Source of the DNA: an uncultured Candidatus Saccharibacteria bacterium
Lineage (GTDB): Bacteria; Patescibacteriota; Doudnabacteria; UBA920
Assembly: GCA_964561085.1 (NCBI GenBank)
Contig: CAZLNP010000001.1
Span: forward strand, 75,335-139,334
DNA length: 64,000 nt
Direction: 5' to 3'
Part shown: in pieces, positions 36,711 through 46,755 of the stretch
Layout of the letters: each line of letters opens with the position of its first letter
How positions within the stretch are numbered: position 1 is the first letter of the stretch
Program-made: the position numbers and the translations under genes
Notes under the pieces: generated by a model
Seen by the model: only the letters and a program-made list of their open reading frames with translations
The model's database searches: none
Told to the model about the DNA's origin: nothing

Positions 36711-38147
36711 ATGTTTGTTAACAACTCACCCTGGCTAAAACAATTAAATAGAACCAGACCCGTTACAGCGCTCGATGGAGATCATCATGCTGACGTGGCA
36801 ATAATCGGCGGCGGAATTGCAGGTATATCCACCGCCTTTTATGCTTTAAAAAATACCAACAAGCACGTAATTCTTGTAGAGGCAGGGAAAATTGCGCATG
36901 GCGCTACCGGACACAATGGCGGCTTTTTAGCTACTTATTTTGAAAGAAGTTTTTCAAGTCTTATTTCCGAGTTTGGAATCAAGAAAGCATCCGAGGGCCA
37001 GCAAGCAATTGAGTCCACGTGGACTTTACTAGATGAAATTCGTGAAGAGGCCCAAATCCAAACCCCAATTTGGCAATTCACGGGTTACGCTGCTTGTGCC
37101 AACATAGACGAAGTCCTAGTGCACCTAAGAAATAATGCACTAAGAGTTAAAGCTGGGCTCCCTACTACTTTGCTTATGGTTTCTGACGAAGCAAAAGACC
37201 TAAACAGTATTCCAGATATGTACAAAGAACTCTACACAGCTCTACCGAAAGCAGATATTCTTTCCTTGTTAGAAACAACTGATGAAGAGTACATTGCTAT
37301 CTTGCCAGAACGTAAAGGCTGTATGAACAGTGCTTTATTTTGTGAGGAGCTGATCGGTTATTTGCTTGCCGAGTATCCCGAAAGATTCACTCTTGCCGAA
37401 AACACACCCGTGCGACGCCTTGTCCTTAAAGATAGCTACGCGGTCTTAGACATATCCAAAACAAAAAAAGTCACCGCTAAAGAAGTAGTGCTTTGCACCA
37501 ATGGTTTTGAGAATATCAATATAGTTAATACTCCAGGGAAAGCAATTAATGCTAAGTTTCATCAGCTAGTTCGCGGCATAGTTGGATACATGGCCGGTTA
37601 TACAGAAGAGCTTAACAAGCCCCCAGCAGAAATTAGCTATCTACCCAAGAAGTCTAATCACAGCAGCGATATTTACGAAGAAGATCCGTACTTTTACCTC
37701 ACCCGAAGGCCTTTTGAAACCGAGACCAAGGAAACCCATAACCTAATTTGTATTGGTGGGCCTGAGGCTTTAATGGATGATACTAACAATTACAACCAAG
37801 AACATCTTTACCCAGATGAAGCTCGTTCAGAAATAGATAACTTCCTCCGCTACACTTACAAACACAGTCCCAAAGATAAAATTGAGTACAAGTTTCTATG
37901 GCATGGCCTTATGGGATTCACACCCAATGGTATTAGATTAATTGGCCCTGAGCCCAACAACCCAATTCTGTACTATAATTTGGGATGCAATGGCGTTGGC
38001 TTACTTCCTTCCATTTATGGAGGGCAAAGGATCTCTTGGTTTTTGTCAGGGAAAAAAGTTGAGCCATCAATTTTTGATCCGAAGGGAGACACTAAACAAG
38101 TCATCCCAAAGAAGCACATTCGCAAACGCTTAAACTTAAAAAAATAG
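36711..38147 (+). CDS. FAD-dependent oxidoreductase (DAO/glycine-oxidase-like)
   Basis: DVAIIGGGIAGISTAFYAL Rossmann dinucleotide motif near the N-terminus, 478 aa. Confidence 0.75.
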   Translation: MFVNNSPWLKQLNRTRPVTALDGDHHADVAIIGGGIAGISTAFYALKNTNKHVILVEAGKIAHGATGHNGGFLATYFERSFSSLISEFGIKKASEGQQAIESTWTLLDEIREEAQIQTPIWQFTGYAACANIDEVLVHLRNNALRVKAGLPTTLLMVSDEAKDLNSIPDMYKELYTALPKADILSLLETTDEEYIAILPERKGCMNSALFCEELIGYLLAEYPERFTLAENTPVRRLVLKDSYAVLDISKTKKVTAKEVVLCTNGFENINIVNTPGKAINAKFHQLVRGIVGYMAGYTEELNKPPAEISYLPKKSNHSSDIYEEDPYFYLTRRPFETETKETHNLICIGGPEALMDDTNNYNQEHLYPDEARSEIDNFLRYTYKHSPKDKIEYKFLWHGLMGFTPNGIRLIGPEPNNPILYYNLGCNGVGLLPSIYGGQRISWFLSGKKVEPSIFDPKGDTKQVIPKKHIRKRLNLKK

Positions 38148-38169
38148 CGCGTTAACGAACTAAGTACCT

Positions 38170-38370
38170 CTACTTATGTTCTATAATGTCGCCAGGCTGG
38201 CAGTTTAATGCCTTACAGATTGCAGCCAAGGTTGAAAAACGGATAGCTTTAGCTTTACCGTTTTTTAATATAGATATATTAGCCATCGTAATCCCTACTT
38301 TCTCTGCCAATTCCGTCACACTCATCTTTCTCTTCGCTAACATTACATCAATATTTATTATTATTGCCAT
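38170..38370 (-). CDS. XRE-family (Cro/C1-type HTH) transcriptional regulator
   Basis: MSVTELAEKVGITMANISILKNGKAKAIRFSTLAAICKAL. Confidence 0.8.
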   Translation of the reverse strand: MAIIINIDVMLAKRKMSVTELAEKVGITMANISILKNGKAKAIRFSTLAAICKALNCQPGDIIEHK

Positions 38371-38371
38371 A

Positions 38372-38836
38372 TTAAACTGTTAAATCATTTTCTAATTTGA
38401 TATCTAAAACATTCTCTAACAACATTTGTAGCAGTGCCGCGAATACTGCAATCACTAATGGCGCCCCACTAAATGCCAGCCACATCAAGATCATTCCTGG
38501 AGCATCATCTTCTTGAGCTACTCTAAATATCCATGGCAAACACGCGACATATAGAACTGTCATTACCATTGCGCAATATTTAATTTTATCTAAAGCTTTA
38601 ACAGAATTAACAGAAAAAGCAGTGTTATTATTTATGTATCCCAAAAGTTTTATTCCCTGATATAGCGCTATATAGAATGGAATACATGTAAGGTACAACA
38701 ACACGAAGAATATTAGATCATTTTTGATGCCGTTAGTGATGATTTCGTAAGGCAGTGCGATACCTGCAATACCAAACACAGCCAAACCCATCACAATGAT
38801 GACTAATTCAAGAAATAAAGTAGAACCTTTTTTCAT
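38372..38836 (-). CDS. DUF2975-like membrane protein (common partner of short XRE regulators)
   Basis: Four hydrophobic helices; stop abuts the XRE gene start; start re-set to MKKGSTLF. Confidence 0.5.
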   Translation of the reverse strand: MKKGSTLFLELVIIVMGLAVFGIAGIALPYEIITNGIKNDLIFFVLLYLTCIPFYIALYQGIKLLGYINNNTAFSVNSVKALDKIKYCAMVMTVLYVACLPWIFRVAQEDDAPGMILMWLAFSGAPLVIAVFAALLQMLLENVLDIKLENDLTV

Positions 38837-38978
38837 AAAATTTAAATTAATTTTTGTTAAACTTATTGTATATAGACGTTTATTGTTTGTCAATATATTT
38901 TTATTGTTAAAAATATGCTAGTTACAGAGCCTTGCTACTTTCCCAAATAGGGCTACAATAAAAGTAGAAAGGATATTT

Positions 38979-39764
38979 ATGAAAAAGTTACTTGGTCTCG
39001 TCATCGCTATATCTGTTATTATTTCCCCATTAATTACACCTATTTCTAAGGTAGAAGCTTACACTCCTCCTAAAATAGAAGTGGATGCACTGGGTCGCAG
39101 CCAGTTCCGCATTAGCATTACTAATGCCCCAAGCTACAGCACAGTTGACCTGTATTACCACCAGTCCGATTCAGAACTTTGGAATGGTACATTAGATATT
39201 GGGACCACAGACAGAAATGGGCGTTTTACTACCACTCGAACTTTTAACTCCTTTTCTCCGCAACTCGATTGGTTCTGGTACGCTAAAGTTGGTGGATACA
39301 ACACACCATCAATCTCAACAAATTCCCGCTCTACTTCCGACAAAACATACTACCCAGATAGGCCAGGTAGAGTCCGTGCTAATACCACTTTCAAGAGCGG
39401 TGCACTTGTCTTAGATAATGGCACGGTTTACTTAATTTATCGGGACCAAAAAATTGGATTCTCTAACGAACGCGTTTTCTTAGATCTTGGATATCAATGG
39501 AGTGACGTAGTTTACGGAAACACCTCTTACTTACCACACATCTATACAGTCACAAGTGGCACATATTCTCACCCATGGGGTAGTTGGGTAAAATCTGGTA
39601 ACACCATCTACTTCGTTCACGAGGACGGCTTAATTCCAGTCCCTTCTGACAGCATCTTCAAGAATAATGGCGGAGAATCCAAACTAACTGTACCGATGAA
39701 CTACTATGATAGACAGTTAGATACACTCTCCAAAATGAAAAATAACGACTCTCGCCTGAAATAA
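38979..39764 (+). CDS. hypothetical secreted protein
   Basis: MKKLLGLVIAISVIISPLITPISKVEA signal peptide. Confidence 0.5.
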   Translation: MKKLLGLVIAISVIISPLITPISKVEAYTPPKIEVDALGRSQFRISITNAPSYSTVDLYYHQSDSELWNGTLDIGTTDRNGRFTTTRTFNSFSPQLDWFWYAKVGGYNTPSISTNSRSTSDKTYYPDRPGRVRANTTFKSGALVLDNGTVYLIYRDQKIGFSNERVFLDLGYQWSDVVYGNTSYLPHIYTVTSGTYSHPWGSWVKSGNTIYFVHEDGLIPVPSDSIFKNNGGESKLTVPMNYYDRQLDTLSKMKNNDSRLK

Positions 39765-39799
39765 AAATAAAATTTCATAGCTAGTGATATAATGAAGTT

Positions 39800-40828
39800 A
39801 TGAACATAACTCATTTTGAAGTGTCCGACGAAGACAAGAAGATTCTGCACTCTTTGTCATCAAACGTTGGGGGTCTCCAGCAAGATAAAATTGACTACAT
39901 CGAAGAAAACTTAAGCTCATCAACAATAAGTCGCGCTACCAAAGCAGAGGCAGTGACGGTCTTTGTTAATTCCATGGTTGATAAGTCCATAATTGACTCG
40001 CTGCCAAATTTAAAGCTCATCATCACTCGGTCTACAGGTTTCGATCACATCGATGTAGCCCACGCCCAATCCAAAGGAATTCTAGTTTGCAATATCCCCG
40101 CCTATGGCTCACGTACTGTAGCTGAGTTTACTTTTGCTTTAATCCTAACTCTGTCTCGCAAAGTATTTAGCGCGATTGAGCAGATTAAATTTAATAAAAG
40201 TTGGGATGTTTCGAATTTTGAAGGGTTTAATTTGCAGGGTAAAACCTTAGGGGTGGTTGGCACTGGGCGCATTGGTTTGAACGTCATACAAATAGCTAAA
40301 GGGTTCGATATGAAAATAATGGCCCACGATGCTTTTCCAAATGAAGATAAAGCTAAAGCTTATGGCTTTGAATACTCCAAATCACTAGAAGAATTGCTCG
40401 CGGCTTCTGACATTGTCACCTTACATGTGCCTGCGAACCCTGATACTCATCATCTAATTAATTTAGATAACATCTCGAAAGTGAAAAAGGGTTGCATGTT
40501 AATAAATACAGCGCGCGGTGATGTAATTGACCCAGCCGCACTAATCAAAGGTTTAAACGAAGGAATTTTGGGAGGTGCCGGACTGGACGTACTTGAAGGA
40601 GAACATGAACTAAAGGAAGAGGCTGAGTTAATGTCTTCGAATCATCTAAGTTTCGAGAAACTTAAAGTGCTCTTGGAAGATCACGAATTAATGGATCATC
40701 CAAAGGTTATTATTACCCCACACGTTGCGTTCAATACAAGAGAAGCTCGCACCGAAATTATGACCACCACTTTGACTAATCTATCTGGGTTCATGGCTAA
40801 CGAACCCCAAAATGTTATTACTATATAA
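39800..40828 (+). CDS. D-isomer-specific 2-hydroxyacid dehydrogenase (hydroxypyruvate/glycerate dehydrogenase-like)
   Basis: GVVGTGRIG NAD motif, ...INTARG.. and catalytic His region HVAFNT. Confidence 0.85.
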   Translation: MNITHFEVSDEDKKILHSLSSNVGGLQQDKIDYIEENLSSSTISRATKAEAVTVFVNSMVDKSIIDSLPNLKLIITRSTGFDHIDVAHAQSKGILVCNIPAYGSRTVAEFTFALILTLSRKVFSAIEQIKFNKSWDVSNFEGFNLQGKTLGVVGTGRIGLNVIQIAKGFDMKIMAHDAFPNEDKAKAYGFEYSKSLEELLAASDIVTLHVPANPDTHHLINLDNISKVKKGCMLINTARGDVIDPAALIKGLNEGILGGAGLDVLEGEHELKEEAELMSSNHLSFEKLKVLLEDHELMDHPKVIITPHVAFNTREARTEIMTTTLTNLSGFMANEPQNVITI

Positions 40829-40830
40829 AA

Positions 40831-42105
40831 ATGAGTAAACAATGGATAAAAAATAGGTCTGAGCTACAAACCTCACCGGAAAGAAAAATAGTGTTAGATA
40901 TAATTGAGGCTGCTTACGACGCTATTGATACAAAAGAAATTATTAAGAAGAGCGTGAAGCTTGATGGCAAGACACTGACTGTCAAAGATAAGGTTTTCAA
41001 CCTGGAAGGGGTTGAGCATATCTATGTAATCGGTTTTGGGAAGGCATCTTGTCTAGCAGCTTCTGAATTAGACGGAATTTTAGGCTCTGTAATTAAAGAA
41101 GGAGTGGCAATTGGCCTCGCTCCGATTGCCTGCGACTACATACAAACTTATGGGGGCTCTCATCCATTACCTTCTGTTGCTAACGTGGAGTTCTCAGATA
41201 AGATTGTCCAGCTCAGTAGAGAAATTACTGAAAAAGATTTAGTAATAACAGTAGTTTCTGGAGGTGGATCTTCCCTACTATGCTGGCCAATGGATGAATG
41301 TAAACAAGCTAATAAACTATATGAAGAGTTCCTGAAAACTGGCGGCGACATCAGAGAATTAAACACTGTCCGCAAACACATTTCCATGCTTAAAGGTGGT
41401 GGCCTGGCTAAAGTTCTCTACCCTGCCACCGTAATTGGTTTAATTTTTTCTGACGTACCTGGTGATAATTATGAATACATTGCATCTGGGCCAACTTACA
41501 AAGACATAACCACTATTGCAGATGCTCAAGCAATCTTGGACAAGTATGGACTTACGGGCTACACGCTTAACGAAACTCCGAACGAAGATGTCTATTTTGA
41601 AAAGGTTACTAACATACCGTTAGTTTCTAACATTGAAGCCCTTGAAGCGATGAAAAGTAAAGTAAAGAGTCTAGGGTTAAAAGCAGAAATTCTATCTTCG
41701 GAACTTTATGGGGCACCAGAGCAAATTGTAAAAAAGTTTATCAAGGAGATCGAGCCTGGATGTGTTGTATTAGGTGGTGGTGAACCACAGGCGATAGTTC
41801 CTGATTCAGGAGGAACTGGCGGTCGTTGTCAGCGACTAGGCATTGAAATGCTCTCCGTCTTAAAGAAGACCGATGTGTTTGCCAGCATAGCCTCAGACGG
41901 TTTAGATAACAGTAATGCTGCAGGCGTCATAGAAGATTGGGATACTTTACAGATGGTTCAATCCAAAGCGATCGATATAGAAGATTACAAAAACCGGTGG
42001 GACAGCCTTGGATTCTACAAACAGACTGGAAATGAACTTTTAGAAACAGGGCCAACGCAAGCCAACGTTTCTGATCTGATGATTTTATATAGAAATAGAG
42101 GCTAA
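40831..42105 (+). CDS. Glycerate kinase (MOFRL/GckA family)
   Basis: DUF4147-like N-domain (VIGFGKAS) and MOFRL C-domain; 3-nt gap from the dehydrogenase gene. Confidence 0.75.
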   Translation: MSKQWIKNRSELQTSPERKIVLDIIEAAYDAIDTKEIIKKSVKLDGKTLTVKDKVFNLEGVEHIYVIGFGKASCLAASELDGILGSVIKEGVAIGLAPIACDYIQTYGGSHPLPSVANVEFSDKIVQLSREITEKDLVITVVSGGGSSLLCWPMDECKQANKLYEEFLKTGGDIRELNTVRKHISMLKGGGLAKVLYPATVIGLIFSDVPGDNYEYIASGPTYKDITTIADAQAILDKYGLTGYTLNETPNEDVYFEKVTNIPLVSNIEALEAMKSKVKSLGLKAEILSSELYGAPEQIVKKFIKEIEPGCVVLGGGEPQAIVPDSGGTGGRCQRLGIEMLSVLKKTDVFASIASDGLDNSNAAGVIEDWDTLQMVQSKAIDIEDYKNRWDSLGFYKQTGNELLETGPTQANVSDLMILYRNRG

Positions 42106-42151
42106 GTCTTGTGGGACTTAGCCTTTTAAATAAACTCTTTAGCGAAACTTA

Positions 42152-42949
42152 TTAGTTAGCTAGAGTTCTCAAGTCTCTGACGATTAAGTCTGAGATTTCT
42201 GGTAGTTGTTTTTTCATTACCTCAATACGTTTTTCAATTTGCCTAAAGAATCCCTCAGCCACATCGCTTTTCTTAAGAAGAAGCTCAGCAAATAGTTTAA
42301 TGTCACCATTCCCAGAGCCGACCGGTTGCCATGCAAACTTGGCCAACTTCGATACCTTTTCTCTCTTTCGTTTGCTGTCGCCGATTAATTCCAAGCACTT
42401 GTTCTGATAGAACGTAAGGTGTCTAAGCTCTTCGCTCTGTATTAAACTAATGATCTTTCTCAACTCAGGGTCAGAAGTGTGTTGCATATATGCCCAATAC
42501 CCGGCTTTAGCTGTAACTTCATTGAACAATCCCACCAGCATATGAACAGCCGGAGATGAATACCAATACCACCATGACGCAAGAATCATACGCCAAGTGC
42601 GTAATAAGTATTTCCAATCCACATTTTGATTTGTTAGTGGTTCAAAAATGTGTCCGTGAACACGTAAGTATTCTTGAATGGCCACCCCGTGACGAGTTTC
42701 CTCATACTCCCAAGCTCTGCTAAACTCGCGGATGTCAGCATCCATGTATGATGGCATTTTGCTGATTTCTTTAGCATATTGAACCATTACCATCAGTTCA
42801 ATTTTCCGAAAATATAATAGCATAGAGACTTCATCTTCCGACAAAGGTGGCTTGCTACCCGTCGCTTGTAATTTTAGCTTTTGTATTTGTGCGTCTAATG
42901 CTGCAGTGTTCCGAGTATTCCTAAACTCCATTATTGCTGCTCTACTCAT
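42152..42949 (-). CDS. ferritin-like diiron-carboxylate protein (desaturase/MiaE-like)
   Basis: Two ExxH diiron motifs: EYEETRHG and SEELRH. Confidence 0.45.
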   Translation of the reverse strand: MSRAAIMEFRNTRNTAALDAQIQKLKLQATGSKPPLSEDEVSMLLYFRKIELMVMVQYAKEISKMPSYMDADIREFSRAWEYEETRHGVAIQEYLRVHGHIFEPLTNQNVDWKYLLRTWRMILASWWYWYSSPAVHMLVGLFNEVTAKAGYWAYMQHTSDPELRKIISLIQSEELRHLTFYQNKCLELIGDSKRKREKVSKLAKFAWQPVGSGNGDIKLFAELLLKKSDVAEGFFRQIEKRIEVMKKQLPEISDLIVRDLRTLAN

Positions 42950-43057
42950 TTTGTAATGTCCTCCGATATGATTTACTTACAATAGTACTAATACTACCTA
43001 AGACATAAAAACCGCCGAGTGACGGTTTTTATATTCTAGATACTAAACGCTTCTAAA

Positions 43058-43660
43058 CTATTTAGGCATCAAAACTGAGTCAATCACGAATGTCACACCG
43101 TTCTTGGAAATAACATCTTGAGTTTGAACCATTGTTGTACCATTAACAGTGATTACACCATTCTTATTACCAATAAGTAGTGTTTGGCCTTGGACTGACT
43201 TAAGAGTCATGCCATCTTTTAGATCCTTAGCTAAATAGCGACCCGCTACCACGTGATAAGTAAGAATCTTAGTAAGCATTTCTTTGCTTTCAGGCTTCAC
43301 TAAAGTTTCCACTGTCCCAGCTGGAAGCTTTGCGAAGGCATCGTTAGTAGGTGCGAATACTGTAAAAGGACCTTCTCCCTTTAAAGTTTCAACTAATCCT
43401 GCTGCTTTAACAGCAGTCACTAAAGTAGTGACGTTGCTAGCATTGGACGCGTTGTCTACAATATCCTTTGACGGTACCATCATTGCTCCACCGACTTCTA
43501 CGCCAGCTTCGTTCATCATGGAATCGTTAGTTGCTGTAGCATCATTTTTAACCATGGCCTCATCTTTCATCATGGAGTCCTGGTTATCTGCTTTGTTGCC
43601 ACAACCAGCGGCCAAAAGTGATAGCGCTACAATAGGGACAAGAATGTATCTTGCTTTCAT
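43058..43660 (-). CDS. Fasciclin (FAS1) domain lipoprotein
   Basis: LLAAGCG lipobox, FTVFAPTNDAF...TYHVV FAS1 motifs. Confidence 0.8.
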   Translation of the reverse strand: MKARYILVPIVALSLLAAGCGNKADNQDSMMKDEAMVKNDATATNDSMMNEAGVEVGGAMMVPSKDIVDNASNASNVTTLVTAVKAAGLVETLKGEGPFTVFAPTNDAFAKLPAGTVETLVKPESKEMLTKILTYHVVAGRYLAKDLKDGMTLKSVQGQTLLIGNKNGVITVNGTTMVQTQDVISKNGVTFVIDSVLMPK

Positions 43661-43696
43661 AATTTATGTTCCTTTTCTCTAATTAATTTATTAGAT

Positions 43697-43719
43697 AATA
43701 CTTAACTAAGTTAAGTATT
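43697..43719. promoter_or_regulatory. palindrome AATACTTAAC-TAA-GTTAAGTATT (candidate MarR operator, site 1)
   Basis: Perfect 10-bp arms with 3-bp spacer, upstream of the fasciclin gene start and downstream of the MarR stop. Confidence 0.4.
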
Positions 43720-43769
43720 ATACATATTCATTATAATGTCAAGGAATGAATAAACTATGATATTTACTG

Positions 43770-44252
43770 CTATTTACTATGTTTCTCGGAGTAATCCACA
43801 ATCCCCTCTAGGACCTTAATGTACCCAATTGCATCTGGTAACGAAATTCCTGCGGATATCTTCTCCATCTCCTTAGTTAAATTCGCTTCCATTTGTTTTA
43901 CGAAAGCTTTCCCCTCTTTGCTTAAATGAATTATTTTTGCGCGCTTGTCTGTAGGGTCTGGAGATACTATGACAAAGCCTCTTTTCTTAAGTTTATTGAT
44001 AACTACTGTAATAAAAGGCTGTTCCACTCCCATTATTTCAGAAAGGAGTAAAGCACGTAATCCAGCAGAGTGATCGTTAATTGTTCCTAGTGCTACCCAA
44101 TCGGAATTAGATATATCTAAGCGGTTTAGCAAATCAGAAGTAGTTCCCATCAAAGCTTTATAGGCTTTTGTCTGTAAAAGACCAATGTGGTAAGTATTTG
44201 TAATTCCGGATTTATTCTTTTGGCTCTTCAAAAATGACAATATAGTTTTCAT
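43770..44252 (-). CDS. MarR-family transcriptional regulator
   Basis: Winged HTH ...NSDWVALGTINDHSAGLRALLLSEIMGVEQPFITVVINKLKKRGFV... Confidence 0.8.
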   Translation of the reverse strand: MKTILSFLKSQKNKSGITNTYHIGLLQTKAYKALMGTTSDLLNRLDISNSDWVALGTINDHSAGLRALLLSEIMGVEQPFITVVINKLKKRGFVIVSPDPTDKRAKIIHLSKEGKAFVKQMEANLTKEMEKISAGISLPDAIGYIKVLEGIVDYSEKHSK

Positions 44253-44260
44253 TAGTTTAC

Positions 44261-44302
44261 ATTCTTAAGAATCTATTATATAATACTTAAGCTACTTAAG
44301 TA
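44261..44302. promoter_or_regulatory. palindromes ATTCTTAAGAAT and TACTTAAG-CTA-CTTAAGTA (candidate MarR operator, site 2) in the divergent MarR/DipZ-like intergenic region
   Basis: Same TACTTAAG-N3-CTTAAGTA architecture as site 1. Confidence 0.4.
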
Positions 44303-44324
44303 AAGTTATTAATTACTAATTTTT

Positions 44325-45947
44325 ATGATCGAACTTTTATTTGCTGTCATAGCAGGCGTTCTGACTGTAGGGGCTCCATGTATTTTACCCATGCTTCCTA
44401 TTCTACTAGGAACAACTGTTGGCCAACAAAGTAAGTGGCGCCCTGCGTTCATTGCCTTAGGGTTTATCATTGCTTTCTCTATTGTAGCATTTTTATTCGG
44501 ATTATTTACTAATATTTTAGGTCTATCCCCTCAGGTCCTACGTACGGTCGCCGTTGTAATGCTGGCCATTTTCGGGGTATTCATGGTTTGGCCTACTCCT
44601 TTTGAAAAACTTACTACTTACTTAACCGGTTTCATAAATGGAGCAAATCGCCTAAGTCAGAAAGCTGGTAACGGAAACCTTGGCGCTTTGGTTCTCGGTC
44701 TGATGCTTGGAGTAATTTGGACCCCTTGTGCAGGGCCAGTGCTTGGTAGCATCTTAACATTAATAGCAACAAAACAAGACATAGTAAAAGCTGGACTTCT
44801 TTTGCTTGCTTACGCAATCGGCGCCGGTATTCCCCTTCTACTTGTTGGATACGGTGGCCAGTACGTCACTACTAAAGTTCGCTTCTTTGCTCAATATGCT
44901 CGCCGTATTCAGCAAGGGTTTGGTATTTTAATTCTACTTTTAGCTGGAGCGATATACTTCCAATACGATACAGTTATTCAAGCAAAGATTTTGCAGTATG
45001 TTCCAGTTCCAAATATAGAATTACCTGGCAGCGAAAAAGAACAAAGAGAAAGTGGTATTGGGCAGTATGGCGCCGCGCCTGAATTTACAGGAATAACAAA
45101 GTGGTTAAACGGTGATGAACAAAAGATTGCTGATTTAAAGGGTAAAGTAGTCTTAATAGATTTCTGGACTTACTCTTGTATTAACTGTGTCCGAACTTTA
45201 CCAAATGTTACTGCATGGTACGACAAATATAAGAATGACGGGCTAGTAGTAATCGGCGTTCATACTCCTGAATTTGCTTTTGAAAGGGAGACCAGTAATG
45301 TTGAGAGGGCAATTGATCGTTTTAACATTAACTACCCTGTCGCCCAAGATAATGACTATGCCACATGGAATGCTTACTCAAACAATGCTTGGCCAGCAAG
45401 CTACCTAATAGATAAAGAAGGTAATATTGTTTACAAGCATTTTGGTGAAGGTAACTATGATGTGACGGAGAACAATATCCGTAAATTGCTTGGCCTTGAA
45501 GGCGGTACTGAAACGAAAGTTGAACTTCCCAACTTTAGAGCCATTCAAACACCAGAAATTTACTTTGGATTAAGTCGCCAAGAATACATTGCTAACAACG
45601 AACGCATTAGTGGAGACGCCCAACAACTAGAGCTACCAGCTGAAATTCCAAGCAATCAATTCGCTGTATCAGGTAATTGGAAATTTAATGCTGAGTCAGC
45701 GAAGCTAGTTAGCGGTCCCGGCAAAATCAAACTGCAGTTCAATGCGAGTAAGGTTTACATGGTTGCCCAATCTGTGGCATCACCCGTAACTCTGCGTATT
45801 CTGGTAGACGAGCAGTTTGTAAAAGAAATTACTGTGTCTGGATCTGATATATACACCCTGTTCGAGTCCGAAGAATATAAAGATCGCACTCTGGAAATAG
45901 AAATCCCACCAAGTGATTTTGAAGCCTTTACGTTCACATTCGGATAA
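44325..45947 (+). CDS. DipZ-like thiol:disulfide interchange protein (CcdA/DsbD transmembrane domain fused to TlpA-like thioredoxin domain and C-terminal beta-rich domain)
   Basis: Paired Cys in TM region (GAPCILP, WTPCAGP), periplasmic thioredoxin fold with WTYSCINCVRTLP. Confidence 0.75.
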   Translation: MIELLFAVIAGVLTVGAPCILPMLPILLGTTVGQQSKWRPAFIALGFIIAFSIVAFLFGLFTNILGLSPQVLRTVAVVMLAIFGVFMVWPTPFEKLTTYLTGFINGANRLSQKAGNGNLGALVLGLMLGVIWTPCAGPVLGSILTLIATKQDIVKAGLLLLAYAIGAGIPLLLVGYGGQYVTTKVRFFAQYARRIQQGFGILILLLAGAIYFQYDTVIQAKILQYVPVPNIELPGSEKEQRESGIGQYGAAPEFTGITKWLNGDEQKIADLKGKVVLIDFWTYSCINCVRTLPNVTAWYDKYKNDGLVVIGVHTPEFAFERETSNVERAIDRFNINYPVAQDNDYATWNAYSNNAWPASYLIDKEGNIVYKHFGEGNYDVTENNIRKLLGLEGGTETKVELPNFRAIQTPEIYFGLSRQEYIANNERISGDAQQLELPAEIPSNQFAVSGNWKFNAESAKLVSGPGKIKLQFNASKVYMVAQSVASPVTLRILVDEQFVKEITVSGSDIYTLFESEEYKDRTLEIEIPPSDFEAFTFTFG

Positions 45948-46159
45948 AACAAAAACCCGCTCAAGCGCTAAGCCTGAGCGGGTAAACTGATTGCTATCTA
46001 AAGTCTAGGCATTAGTAGCAGGAGGTGTTTCAGTTGTTTTCTTTTCTTCTTCGTCGTTGTTGTTTAATTTTGCTTTCATCTTTTTACCTTTCTCTGTGTG
46101 TACAGAATTAATTGATGACATATACACCATACTATTCTGAGATGAGGTAAAGATGTTTT

Positions 46160-46669
46160 TTATTTCGTTGCTTTCTTTTTCCCTTCTATGAAAGTTATCT
46201 CTGAGTCAGTATCTCTTACGGTAGTATCAGGAAAAACTTCTCGGGGGTACTTCTGAAATACGATGTATCCTTCTAAATACTGAAGGAAGTCATATCGTTT
46301 GGGCATGAATTGAAAATGGTAGGCAAAGAAGTGCCTTATTGGGTCGTACTCTGGGGTGTACTCATAATGCCCACGAATCTCACCATCGCTAAATACTCTT
46401 AAATGATATTGCTCTTCAAAGGAAGAAAGCTTTCGCCAAGACAATATTTGCCCAGTATCTTCCCAAGCGATGAAATGGTTACCAAATCCCCATTTTGTGC
46501 TTAAATGTCGCTTTAATTGCGGTAAAGATTTATCTGGATGAAGCCAACCAATATGATACGGCTGTCTGCGCTTCTCATGAAAAGGCAAAGCTAAATGCTC
46601 CAACTTCTTAAAACTTGGATAAATAAACCGCCAAAATTTTTGTTTTAGTTTCTGAACCGTTGTCATCAT
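46160..46669 (-). CDS. hypothetical protein (169 aa)
   Basis: ORF from track. Confidence 0.4.
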   Translation of the reverse strand: MMTTVQKLKQKFWRFIYPSFKKLEHLALPFHEKRRQPYHIGWLHPDKSLPQLKRHLSTKWGFGNHFIAWEDTGQILSWRKLSSFEEQYHLRVFSDGEIRGHYEYTPEYDPIRHFFAYHFQFMPKRYDFLQYLEGYIVFQKYPREVFPDTTVRDTDSEITFIEGKKKATK

Positions 46670-46755
46670 ATATATTATACCAAAACTTTAAAGAAATTGG
46701 GGAAATTATTTTTTAAATCATATCTTTATCATGTAGGGTCAGGTATACTTAAAGT

